Shown one piece after another: positions 26,747 to 36,035 of a stretch of DNA of 64,000 bases. Both the position numbers and the translations under genes were made by a program. This DNA comes from Candidatus Xenobia bacterium (GTDB lineage: Bacteria; Vulcanimicrobiota; Xenobia; Xenobiales; QWHO01), in contig BTUM01000007.1 of NCBI GenBank assembly GCA_045863235.1, positions 64,001 through 128,000 on the forward strand, in the 5' to 3' direction. Numbering within the stretch: the first letter of the stretch is position 1; each line of letters begins with the position of its first letter. The notes beneath the pieces are model-generated. The model was not told where the DNA came from. It made no database searches and saw only the letters and a program-made list of their open reading frames with translations.

Positions 26747-29224
26747 TCAGATCTTGTTCAACAGGTCGTACTTGCGCGTGACAGGAGCGACCGCGGTCAG
26801 TCCGGTGTGCAATCCCTCCACCGTCACCGATGACACGCGGGTGCGCCAGGGACGAACCGAGTGGATCAGCCCGCCCCAGCTCTCCATACCGGTATCTTTC
26901 CGATATTGCCCGGGGAAGAAGATGGGGTCGGGCATCTGGATGGAAAGCCCGCTGGCTGCTCCCAGCGACGCCTCGTTGCGATTCACCACCACCGCCTCCT
27001 GCAAAAGCGCCTGGCAGCGGGCGGCCAGCTGGGCCACCTCGGCATCGGGACAGCCCTGCTGCAGCTTTTCCAGAAAGCTCCCAAGGTCGCCGTAGCCCGG
27101 GAAGTTCACGAAGCGCTTGAGCCCCAGCCACAAGTTCTCCAGTGTTCCTCGCCAGCCCGGGGCGGTGGACTTCTCCTCGCGAGGGAAATGGCGCGTCTGG
27201 GCGGCCGCTTGCTGGAAGTGCTCGCCGACCACGGGTAGCTTCTCTTGCACTATGGCCGCCAGCTCTTCCACCGAGGCGGTCAGGGCCGGCAGCTTCTCCA
27301 GGTCCACCAGCGAGAGCGTGGGCACCACCTCGTTGCCGCCATGGCGTTTCACCAGCATTTCGCCGAAGGTCTTGGGGTCCTTGTCGATCTCTCCCAGTCG
27401 GGGCAGGATATAGGTCCAGGGCAGACCTGCTTCCCACAGGCTGTCCTGGCTGACCACTGCGTAGCGGGCGTGCTGGCCCAGGTCCTTGAGCGCTTCCAGG
27501 TTGGCCATCTCGCAGGCTTCCATGATCAGCACGTCAACCTTTTTGCCCGTCTGGGCGTGGGTCAGCTCCAGGGCTTTGCTCACGTCGGCCATCTTCATGC
27601 CGGCCAGGCGCTTGTAGCCCAGGCCATGGCCTTCGAGCAGCACGGCAGTGTGCTCGGAAGGGTAACGTTTCATCGAGCGCACCCACAGGTTGCTCAGGGC
27701 TTCGGGGCTGGGCGCGTCGGTGCTGGAGCTGCGCTCGACCGTGTGGGTCTGGATGGTGTTGCGGCCGGGAGTGTGCACGCCCCCGGCAGCCAGTTCGTAG
27801 GTGCGGGTGCCCGACCAGCTGGCCTCCTCGTGAGCCTCAGCCACCCGGCCGGCGGTCCGGCGGTCCTTGATACCCTGATAGATGGAGAAAGCCGCCCCCT
27901 GAGCCAGCTGGCTTCCCACCAGCAGGGCCGGGATTCCGGCCAGACCGAACAGTCCGAAAGCTGCTGCGCCTGCCGCCACGGCCAGGGCCGGCAGAGCATA
28001 GATCTTGAAAGTCGCGCTGCGCTTTAAAGACTCCACGTCTTTGCCCTCGCGTCGCAACTGCAGCACCACGTGGGCATCCGGATGGGGGTTGCGCTCGAAG
28101 TCGATCACCTGACGGGTGCGCATCGGCTCGAGCTCACTGGCAGTGGCGTCCAGGTGCCCGACGATGGTCCAGGGGCGGGAAGCGGCCATCGGCACCATCG
28201 GCAGGGACTCCCTGACACTGGTTGGAGTTTCCACCTGGCAACCGCATCCGCAGCCGACCGGGTGGCGATGGCTCTCGCCCTGCCCGTCCACCAGATCGCG
28301 GGTGAGGTTGCGTCCCAGCACTCGCCCGCCGTGCCAGCCCTCGATGGCGCCCAGTTTGAGTCCTTTGCCCAGCCCGACCGCGAGGCCGGCCACAAAACCC
28401 GCCGGGCCCAGCACGGCCGAGGCGGCCAGACTGCCAACGGCTCTTGCCATGCTTTCGTGCCAACCGGCCAGCGTTTTGTCCAGCTTCGAGCCTTCCGCCG
28501 AGGGGCCGTATCTCTTGGTCCAGCTCGCTTCCAGGCTGGCGTTTTGACCGAGCCCCGAGTTGACTCCCCGGAAGGCCCCGTAGCTGGCTCCCACCAGTCC
28601 GAAGGCGCACAGTCCGGTCAGGCCGCCCAGCACTCCACCCACCACCGAGCCGGTGGCGGTGGCCGCTCCGGCCAGCGGGCCCAGTTTTTTCTTATCGGGC
28701 TGCACCCAGGGCCGGTTGTGAATGATCTTGAAGCGCGGGGGAGCGGTCGGATCGTGGTCGGGATGCTCCACGACCAGCACCCGCAGCTCGTCCTTGAGGA
28801 TCTTGACCCACTCTTCATTGAGGGCTTTCGCCTCGCTGGCCCGCCCGGCTTTCAGCTCGGACTGCATCCGGCCCAGAATCTGGTGCACATCCGCCAGACG
28901 CTCGAGCGCAGCCTGGTCTTCCACCGCAAAGCGCGTTCCCACCTGATCGGGTGGTGTCGTGGCCAGCTGTACCACAAACTGTTTCAAGCGCTCCTCATAC
29001 TGGTCGGACGAGCAACGCTTGAGGCGCATCAACCCCGAGAAGGCCCCCTGGACCATGCCATCCTGCTCGACGGCTTCCTTCATGAAAGCACTGCAGGACG
29101 GGGTGTACATGCAGTGAGCGCCCCGCTCGCCGTTGTAGTCGGCCGAGATGTAGTCCTGGTAAAGGCTGACCACCTTGTGAGCGGCGCCTGCCACGACCTG
29201 GCGAGGGATCTGGGTCACCTTCAT
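26747..29224 (-). CDS. Fusion of a YidD-like domain, a Gly-rich hydrophobic region and a clostripain (C11) peptidase
   Basis: N-terminal YQDYIS...CMYTPSCS...RLKRC (YidD); C-terminal EGHGLG, MEACEM, TLSLVDL and GLSI (C11). Confidence 0.75.
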   Translation of the reverse strand: MKVTQIPRQVVAGAAHKVVSLYQDYISADYNGERGAHCMYTPSCSAFMKEAVEQDGMVQGAFSGLMRLKRCSSDQYEERLKQFVVQLATTPPDQVGTRFAVEDQAALERLADVHQILGRMQSELKAGRASEAKALNEEWVKILKDELRVLVVEHPDHDPTAPPRFKIIHNRPWVQPDKKKLGPLAGAATATGSVVGGVLGGLTGLCAFGLVGASYGAFRGVNSGLGQNASLEASWTKRYGPSAEGSKLDKTLAGWHESMARAVGSLAASAVLGPAGFVAGLAVGLGKGLKLGAIEGWHGGRVLGRNLTRDLVDGQGESHRHPVGCGCGCQVETPTSVRESLPMVPMAASRPWTIVGHLDATASELEPMRTRQVIDFERNPHPDAHVVLQLRREGKDVESLKRSATFKIYALPALAVAAGAAAFGLFGLAGIPALLVGSQLAQGAAFSIYQGIKDRRTAGRVAEAHEEASWSGTRTYELAAGGVHTPGRNTIQTHTVERSSSTDAPSPEALSNLWVRSMKRYPSEHTAVLLEGHGLGYKRLAGMKMADVSKALELTHAQTGKKVDVLIMEACEMANLEALKDLGQHARYAVVSQDSLWEAGLPWTYILPRLGEIDKDPKTFGEMLVKRHGGNEVVPTLSLVDLEKLPALTASVEELAAIVQEKLPVVGEHFQQAAAQTRHFPREEKSTAPGWRGTLENLWLGLKRFVNFPGYGDLGSFLEKLQQGCPDAEVAQLAARCQALLQEAVVVNRNEASLGAASGLSIQMPDPIFFPGQYRKDTGMESWGGLIHSVRPWRTRVSSVTVEGLHTGLTAVAPVTRKYDLLNKI

Positions 29225-29302
29225 AGCTCGATTATCCCGCCATGAACTGAAAGAAGCCTGACGAGCATTCTCGCCAGGCTTCTCGAGGGTGCTACGCGTG
29301 GA

Positions 29303-29578
29303 TCAGCCGCGCTGGTTCTGACCGTTGGAGCAGCAGACGCTGAAGACTACCAGGGCGCAGACACCGGCGGCCACCAGGGTGAGGAAGTCGGTCTCCATGT
29401 TGGCGGCCTTGCTGTTGGGCGCGGCGGTTTCGGCGTAAGCGACCTTGGGGGAGACGGCTTCGTCCGAGACGCTGCCGGCGTAGCCGTCCTGGCTGCCGGA
29501 CGCGGCCTGCGGCTGGGAGCCGGAGGCGCGGGTCGCCTGGGTGTAGCCGGCGACGGCGGGGTTGATGGTGCTGATCAT
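29303..29578 (-). CDS. Small protein with a hydrophobic, Cys-containing C-terminus
   Basis: GGAGGA RBS; 91 aa; host-like codon usage. Confidence 0.75.
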   Translation of the reverse strand: MISTINPAVAGYTQATRASGSQPQAASGSQDGYAGSVSDEAVSPKVAYAETAAPNSKAANMETDFLTLVAAGVCALVVFSVCCSNGQNQRG

Positions 29579-29704
29579 GGTGGTCCTCCCGTGTTTGTGA
29601 TTTGGTCCCTTGTCTGTGACGATTTGCGTCGAGACTACCCAGGTGGCCTGAAAATCTTCTGAAGCGGCAGGAACCGTGCGCTCGGCCGCACAGAATCAGA
29701 CCGC

Positions 29705-30610
29705 ATGGCACGTATTGCTCGCAAAGGACGCGACGGGGCGCTCTATATCGGCTACCGAGAAGAAGACGGCGGGATCTTGATCCCCGACGAGCGCATGAAG
29801 GGGCCGGCCGGCAGCACGCGCACCGGGGATATCGTGGGCCACGAGTTTCGCTCGGAGATTCTCGGCGATGAGCGCATCATCATGGTCTATCGGCCGCCCG
29901 GCTATTCGCCCATGAATCCCTGGCGCTACCCGGTGCTCTACCTCAACGACGGACAGAACATGTTCGATGCCGCCACTTCGGCCTTCGGTGTCGAATGGCA
30001 GGTGGACGAGACGCTCGAGCGCCTCATCTCTGAGCGAGCCATTCAGCCGATTCTGGCGGTAGCGGTCTACAACTCGGCGGAGCGTTTCGACGAATACACC
30101 CCCGCGCCCGATCCCGAGCATGGGGGCGGTGGAGCCGACCGCTACGGGATGTTCCTGGCCAACGAGTTGCAGCCATTCATCAACCGCGAGTATCGCACCA
30201 ACACCGATCAGACCGCCTTGATGGGCTCCAGCCTGGGGGGTCTTTGCTCATTGTACCTGGGCTGGCAGTATCCGCGTTGCTTCAACCTGGTGGCCGCCCT
30301 CTCGCCCTCCCTCTGGTGGGCAGGGCGGGAGCTGACCAGAGCCATTGCCGAGTCTCCCCGCACGTGTGACGACGGGCCGGAGAAGATCTGGCTCGACATG
30401 GGAACGAAGGAAGACAAGGACGACGACCTGATCGCTGACATTCGCGCCCTGCGCAAGGTTCTGGTGAGCAAGGGATACGTGGTGGGGGAGAACCTGTTTT
30501 ATCGCGAGGTCAAGGGGGCCTATCACACCGAGTCTTCCTGGGCCAAGCGGGTGGGGGACGTCTTGCAGGCGTTGTTCCCTCCCGGTCGAGGCTACTTTAC
30601 GGCCGACTGA
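29705..30610 (+). CDS. Alpha/beta hydrolase, putative esterase family
   Basis: YPVLYLNDGQN, GSSLGG, WLDMGT and HTESSW motifs. Confidence 0.92.
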   Translation: MARIARKGRDGALYIGYREEDGGILIPDERMKGPAGSTRTGDIVGHEFRSEILGDERIIMVYRPPGYSPMNPWRYPVLYLNDGQNMFDAATSAFGVEWQVDETLERLISERAIQPILAVAVYNSAERFDEYTPAPDPEHGGGGADRYGMFLANELQPFINREYRTNTDQTALMGSSLGGLCSLYLGWQYPRCFNLVAALSPSLWWAGRELTRAIAESPRTCDDGPEKIWLDMGTKEDKDDDLIADIRALRKVLVSKGYVVGENLFYREVKGAYHTESSWAKRVGDVLQALFPPGRGYFTAD

Positions 30611-30699
30611 CCTGCGTTTTCAATTTCGTGGTGGCTGTCTGGAAGGAGTCCCCCTCGGATGCCGAATCATGCGGCTGGATTTTTTTTCAAGGAGCTTCG

Positions 30700-32067
30700 A
30701 TGCGTTTAAGAACCAGCCTCTACTTGCTAGCTTTGCTCTTCCTGTTCGGCTGTTCCGGCGGGGGGTCGAGTTCCGCCGGCGGCGGCGTGCCCGCCCCGCC
30801 TCCAGGCCCCCAGCTGGTGAGCATGAAACTCGATGTCGAGGTCCTCGACCAGGCTCAGCGGTCCATCCAGGGCCGTTCGGGGGTCATCGAGGTGGTCGCC
30901 GAGGTGGTGGACCGCAATACTCTCGATACCGGCACTCTCAGCGGCCGCAAGGTCATCTCGCGAGGGGCGGCCACGGTGGGGGACACCGACCGAGTCGTCA
31001 AGATCTTGCTGGACATCATTCCGGGCATCTGGGATATCTACATCTTCGGCCTGGACTCCGAGGGCAAGGTGGTGGCACTTTCCACCATCGATCAGCTGAC
31101 CATCACTCCGGGAGTGGTGCTCGAGCAGCGGGTCAGCCTGCAGTCCCAGAGTCGCTCGGTGTTCGTCAATCCGTCCAATGCGGCTATCCAGGTCGGACAG
31201 CAGCAGCAATTCTCCGCCCTCGTCTTCCTCCCCACCGGGAACAGCACCAGCGTGAACTGGGCCTCGGACAACCCGGCCGTCGCTACGGTAGACGCTAACG
31301 GCCTGGCGACCGGGTTGGCGGCCGGTGTCACCACCATCCGGGCGACTTCCACGGTGGACAACAGCCTGCAGGGCTCCGCCCAATTGACCGTGGCTGCCGA
31401 CAACAATGCCCGCCTTGTTGGCCTTTACACCGTGGCCCTGGCGGGAACGAGCGCGGACGGCCTGGATGTCTTCTCGGTTCTGTCCAACCTGAATTTGGAC
31501 GGAGCGGGAGGAGTTACTGATGCCGGCTCCGGTCTCTTCGAGGATGGAGTGCCCGGTCTGCAGCCAGTGACTCTGGGCCTCGTGCAGTACAGCGTCGCCA
31601 ATGACGGGACGGTCACCTTTACCGGGAATGCCACCGCCAGTACCGGCGTGGGCCCCCTCTCGGCGGACAATCTGACCATTCCTCTGACCTTCGCGGGACC
31701 GGCGGGGAGCGGCGAGGGGTTTGCCGTTCGCCAGGAGGCGGGCGGGGTGACCCCTGCCTCCATCGCAGGGAACTGGACGGGGGCGCTTCTGAGGAGTACG
31801 GGGGTTCCGTTCGCGCCCGGTACCACGGCGACCGTGACGATCAATGGCAATGGCACGCTCAGTGGAGCCATTCAGGAGCCTGGCCTGCCCGACGTGACCT
31901 TTGCCGGAAACTTCACCGTGACCGCAACTGGCCTGCTGCAGGCAAACGTGGTCGATGGCTTCGGAGATCCCATCGTCATCAACGGCCAGGTCGGGGCCAA
32001 CCAGACCCGGATCGTCATCATCGGTCAGGACAGCTTGAATACAAGCTTTGCCGCCGTGCTTCAGTAG
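30700..32067 (+). CDS. Lipoprotein with an Ig-like (Big_2) domain and C-terminal beta repeats
   Basis: AAGGAG RBS; lipobox LFGC; VNWASDNPAVATVDANGLATG Big_2 motif. Confidence 0.88.
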   Translation: MRLRTSLYLLALLFLFGCSGGGSSSAGGGVPAPPPGPQLVSMKLDVEVLDQAQRSIQGRSGVIEVVAEVVDRNTLDTGTLSGRKVISRGAATVGDTDRVVKILLDIIPGIWDIYIFGLDSEGKVVALSTIDQLTITPGVVLEQRVSLQSQSRSVFVNPSNAAIQVGQQQQFSALVFLPTGNSTSVNWASDNPAVATVDANGLATGLAAGVTTIRATSTVDNSLQGSAQLTVAADNNARLVGLYTVALAGTSADGLDVFSVLSNLNLDGAGGVTDAGSGLFEDGVPGLQPVTLGLVQYSVANDGTVTFTGNATASTGVGPLSADNLTIPLTFAGPAGSGEGFAVRQEAGGVTPASIAGNWTGALLRSTGVPFAPGTTATVTINGNGTLSGAIQEPGLPDVTFAGNFTVTATGLLQANVVDGFGDPIVINGQVGANQTRIVIIGQDSLNTSFAAVLQ

Positions 32068-32075
32068 CTCGTTCT

Positions 32076-32166
32076 CTGCGTTCGAGCCAGTCCGACTGGC
32101 TTGAACGCAGGGTCGTTCGTCTCAGTCAAGCCAGTCACAGGCTCTCTGCTTGTGCTGGCTTGACTG
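32076..32166. repeat. Two adjacent REP-like hairpins sharing an AGCCAG/CTGGCT core
   Basis: 16-bp stem at 32076-32110 (one G-U pair) and perfect 12-bp stem CAGTCAAGCCAG/CTGGCTTGACTG at 32123-32166. Confidence 0.75.
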
Positions 32167-32238
32167 CGTGTTGGGCTGGAAAAGGAGTTTGCCCTGAATG
32201 CCGAATCATGGGGCTGGATTTTTTTTCAAGGAGCTCTG

Positions 32239-34200
32239 ATGCGTTTAAGAACCAGCCTTTACTTGCTAGCTCTGCTCTTCCTGTTCGGCTGTTCCGGCGG
32301 GGGGGCGAGTTCTGCCGGCGGTGGTGTGCCTGCCCCCCCTCCAGGCCCTCAGTTCGTGAGCATGCGACTCGATGTCGCGGTGCCCGATCTGGCCCAGCGG
32401 GCCGTTCAGAGCCGCTCGCAGATCTTCGAAGTGGTGGTCGAGGTCGTTGATCGGAATTCGCTCGACCCGGGCACCCTCAGCGGCCGGAAGATCATCTCTC
32501 GCGGGGCGGCCTCGGTGGGTGAAACCGACCGGACTGTGAAGGTTCTCCTGGATGTGATTCCGGGGATCTGGGACATCTACATTTTCGGCCTGGATTCGCA
32601 GGGCAAAGTGGCGGCCCTCTCGACCATCGACCAGCTCGCGATCGTCGCGGGCGCCGTCATTGAGCGGAAGGTCAACCTTCAACAGGTGAACCAGGGAGTC
32701 TTCGTGACTCCCACCAGTGCGGCGGTTCCTGTCGGCGGGCAGGCTCAATTTTCAGCCGTGGTCTTCCTGCCGACCGGGACCAGCACCAGTGTCAACTGGG
32801 TTTCTGATAATCCCGCAGTGGCCGGCGTTGACGCCAACGGCTTGGCGACCGGTTTGTCTCCGGGTCAGGCTCTTATCCGGGCGATTTCCACCGTGGACAG
32901 CACCCTCCAGGGGACCGGGGTCCTGAATGTGACACCGCCCAATGTCACCGTGCAGTCGGTCACGCTCACTTTCAACCCCGGCTCCCCGGTGCGGCTTGGC
33001 CAGGCGGGTCTGCAGTTCAGCGCAGTTGCGAGTTTTAGCGATGGCACAAGCCAGGCTATTACACCGGACCAGTTCGTCAGCAGCGATCCGACGGTGCTAT
33101 CCGTGGATTCGGCCGGAGCGGCTCAGGCTCTGGACGTGGGCACGAGTGACGTGACGGCGGACTTCATGGGCGTGACGAGCGCACCGGTGACCGTGGACGT
33201 CGAGGCAAGCCGGGTCATCGTCGTGGAGTCCGAGCTCATCCAGCCCGACGAGATTTTCTCCTATCTTCTCGATGAGGGGACGGGCAGTCTCGTCCAGGTT
33301 GATGTCGAGACAGTCCCGGGCGGAGTCGGGGCTGGAATGGGCGGAGATCCTGACAGCGATGCCGTGTTCGTCAGCCAGACCAACAACACTCTGGCGATTT
33401 ACCTGGTGAGCGCACTGGGTATTCTGAACCAGTCCCAGATCATCGGTCTGGGCGGTGCTCCGACGCTTGTGCCCGCCACCGGCGCGGGAGGCTTCCTCTA
33501 CCTCGCCGACAACAACCCGACTCCCCCTGATCTTCGCACCTTTGCCTTTGACGGTGTGCTCTACAACCTGGTCGGCCTCTCAAGTCCTGCTGGCGTTGCC
33601 GAGGTCCAGGTGATGGCCGCCAAGAACGGGATTCCAGCACTCTACCTGGCAGATTTCCTCGGGAATCTGTTGAACGGCCTGGTGCTGACCGGCTCCATTC
33701 CGGATGCGGTCGGAACCCAGGTGGGCGGCTCTCCCCAGGCGCTCGGCACTTCGCCTGCTCGCCTCGAGATTCACCCCAGCAACAACTTCCTGGTGGTCGG
33801 TCGTACCGCTCATCTCGATGTCTTCCCCATCGATGCTGCCGGCAACATCACCGGGCCCGCCATCAGCACCCAGGTGACGGCCGGGACGGCTTTCACCGCC
33901 CTGGCCATTCACCCGAGCGGGAACTTCGTGGCCGCCTGCACCCAGCAGGCCGGGGGAGTGATCGAGATCTTCCCGATCAACGCTTCGGGCATCCTGTCGC
34001 CGGCGGTGGCTACCATTCCCTCATCCGGCTCGCAGATCTTTGGCCTCGGTTTCAACGCCACCGGGACCTTCCTGATCTATCCGGAGCTGACCAACAATCA
34101 GGTGGTGGTCCAGCGGTTCGATCCGAATACCGGTGCCGTGACCCCCGCCACCACCAGCGGCGGGATCAACCGGCCCTTCGAGATGTTCATCTTCCCCTGA
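32239..34200 (+). CDS. Lipoprotein with two Big_2 domains and a lactonase-type beta-propeller
   Basis: Same signal peptide as the 30700 gene; two Big_2 motifs; repeated IHPSxNF propeller blades. Confidence 0.88.
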   Translation: MRLRTSLYLLALLFLFGCSGGGASSAGGGVPAPPPGPQFVSMRLDVAVPDLAQRAVQSRSQIFEVVVEVVDRNSLDPGTLSGRKIISRGAASVGETDRTVKVLLDVIPGIWDIYIFGLDSQGKVAALSTIDQLAIVAGAVIERKVNLQQVNQGVFVTPTSAAVPVGGQAQFSAVVFLPTGTSTSVNWVSDNPAVAGVDANGLATGLSPGQALIRAISTVDSTLQGTGVLNVTPPNVTVQSVTLTFNPGSPVRLGQAGLQFSAVASFSDGTSQAITPDQFVSSDPTVLSVDSAGAAQALDVGTSDVTADFMGVTSAPVTVDVEASRVIVVESELIQPDEIFSYLLDEGTGSLVQVDVETVPGGVGAGMGGDPDSDAVFVSQTNNTLAIYLVSALGILNQSQIIGLGGAPTLVPATGAGGFLYLADNNPTPPDLRTFAFDGVLYNLVGLSSPAGVAEVQVMAAKNGIPALYLADFLGNLLNGLVLTGSIPDAVGTQVGGSPQALGTSPARLEIHPSNNFLVVGRTAHLDVFPIDAAGNITGPAISTQVTAGTAFTALAIHPSGNFVAACTQQAGGVIEIFPINASGILSPAVATIPSSGSQIFGLGFNATGTFLIYPELTNNQVVVQRFDPNTGAVTPATTSGGINRPFEMFIFP

Positions 34201-34219
34201 CACTCGACGGTAGACCAGC

Positions 34220-34259
34220 AAGAAGGCGCGGAGCCGAAGCATCCGCGCCTTCTTCTGTT
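34220..34259 (+). terminator. Intrinsic terminator
   Basis: 13-bp stem AAGAAGGCGCGGA/TCCGCGCCTTCTT just after the stop at 34200. Confidence 0.75.
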
Positions 34260-34319
34260 GAGGACGAACATACTTTTGAAAGGGATTCAACCAGCTCGGG
34301 CGTAATTGAAGAACATCCT

Positions 34320-36035
34320 ATGCTCTCCATTTCCGCAAGTGCCGAGTTTCGTCTGGCCGCCGCGGCCGATCTGCCGGCCGAGCTGGCTCGACTGCCTGAG
34401 GGTGCCACCGCCGTGCTCGCGCCCGGTCGCTACCGGCTCGGTGAGCTGACGCTCAAGCGCAACCTGCGATTGGTGGGTGCCGGGCTGGAGCGCACGGTAT
34501 TGGAGGGGTCCCTGCGTCTCGAGCAGGGGCAATTCGGGCTGCTCGACCTCACCGTGGGGAAACTGCAGGCTCTCGACTGCCAGCTCGAGATAGAGCGCTG
34601 TCGGCTGCCGGGTATGGCCCTCGAGGGTGAGACCAGCGCCCGGGTGCGCTTCTGCCAGTGCGAGGGAGAAGAGGTGGGCATCCGGGTGGGCGGAACCGCT
34701 CGGGCCGAGCTGGAGAGCAATCGTTGCTGTCAGTGTGCCCTGTACGGCATTCTCTTTCAGGACGAGAGCAGCGGGCGGGCGGTTCAAAACGATTGCTCCG
34801 GCAACCAGGTGGGTATCGGCGTGATGGGGCAGGCCGCTGCGGAGCTTCTTGGTAACCACTGCAGCCAGAACGAGTCGGCCGGCATTGCCTACCATCAGGA
34901 GGGCGGTGGTTTGGCTCGCAACAATGACTGCGAGGACAACGGCCACCATGGCATCGCTGTGGCCGGTCAGGCGGCCCCCCGTTTGCAGGGAAACTCCTGC
35001 TGTCACAACGGCTTCTGCGGCATCGACTACAGCGGCCAGGCCTCCGGCAGCGCCGAGAGCAACACTTGTTACGGCAACCAGGCCTATGGCATTCAGGTAG
35101 GGGAGACCTCGGAACCGCGCTTGCTGGCCAATAGTTGCTCGGAGAATGCTCAGGCCGGGCTGGCCTACTTTGGCCGCGGCCAGGGCTCGGCCGACCGGAA
35201 TCAGTGCGCTCGCAATCAGTTGCATGGCATCCAGGTGGGTGAGGAGGCTGCTCCCGCCCTACGGAGCAACATCTGCAGCCAGAACTTGCTCTCCGGGCTG
35301 GCCTACTATGGCAAGAGCGGCGGCCAGGCCGGGCAGAACGAGCTCCACGACAACCAGTACCATGGCCTGCAGGTTTGCGAGCAGGCTCGTCCCGTGCTAT
35401 GCGACAACGTGTGCCGGGCCAATGTCATGTCGGGGATCGCCTGTTTTGGCGAATCGCAGCCTGTGCTGGTGCGCAATCAGTGCCTCCACAATCAGCTGCA
35501 CGGTCTCTACGTGGGCGAGCAGGCCGTTCCGGTGGCCCATGCCAACCTGGCCCACGAGAACCAGGGCAACGGTTTGCTGTTCACCGAGGAGGCGGCTGGC
35601 CTGGCCACCCACAATCAGGCTGATGCCAACGGCCGCCATGGACTCTACCTGGGCCATCGGGCCACTCCCTTCGCGCGCGAGAACCTCTGCCGGCGCAACT
35701 TGCTGTCGGACGTTGTGACCCTGGGCCAGGTCGACCCCGTGGTCAGCGTGGCGCCCGTGCGACGTCACCGGCTGACCCTCGAGTCCGAGGGCGGTTCCTT
35801 CGAGCTGGCCCTGCCCTTCGAGCTGAAGCCCACCGAGCGGGCGGTGCTCGAGCACCTGGCCCGCTACGGCCGCATGAGCGAGGCGGCCCTGGGCAAGGCG
35901 GTGGGCACCCGGCGCATCGGGGGGCTCTTAGAGAGCCTGGTGGAGCGCCTGAACCGGGCTGGATTTCTGGCTCTGGGCCGTGAGGGGGACGGCCCGGAGG
36001 GCAATGTCTATGAGCTGAGGAGAGACCGACTGTGA
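34320..36035 (+). CDS. Right-handed parallel beta-helix repeat protein with a C-terminal winged-helix-like domain
   Basis: About 15 tandem 23-aa N-x-C-x-x-N-x3-G[IL] repeats; no signal peptide; C-terminal TERAVLEHLARYGRMSE...RRIGGLLESLVERLN. Confidence 0.85.
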   Translation: MLSISASAEFRLAAAADLPAELARLPEGATAVLAPGRYRLGELTLKRNLRLVGAGLERTVLEGSLRLEQGQFGLLDLTVGKLQALDCQLEIERCRLPGMALEGETSARVRFCQCEGEEVGIRVGGTARAELESNRCCQCALYGILFQDESSGRAVQNDCSGNQVGIGVMGQAAAELLGNHCSQNESAGIAYHQEGGGLARNNDCEDNGHHGIAVAGQAAPRLQGNSCCHNGFCGIDYSGQASGSAESNTCYGNQAYGIQVGETSEPRLLANSCSENAQAGLAYFGRGQGSADRNQCARNQLHGIQVGEEAAPALRSNICSQNLLSGLAYYGKSGGQAGQNELHDNQYHGLQVCEQARPVLCDNVCRANVMSGIACFGESQPVLVRNQCLHNQLHGLYVGEQAVPVAHANLAHENQGNGLLFTEEAAGLATHNQADANGRHGLYLGHRATPFARENLCRRNLLSDVVTLGQVDPVVSVAPVRRHRLTLESEGGSFELALPFELKPTERAVLEHLARYGRMSEAALGKAVGTRRIGGLLESLVERLNRAGFLALGREGDGPEGNVYELRRDRL

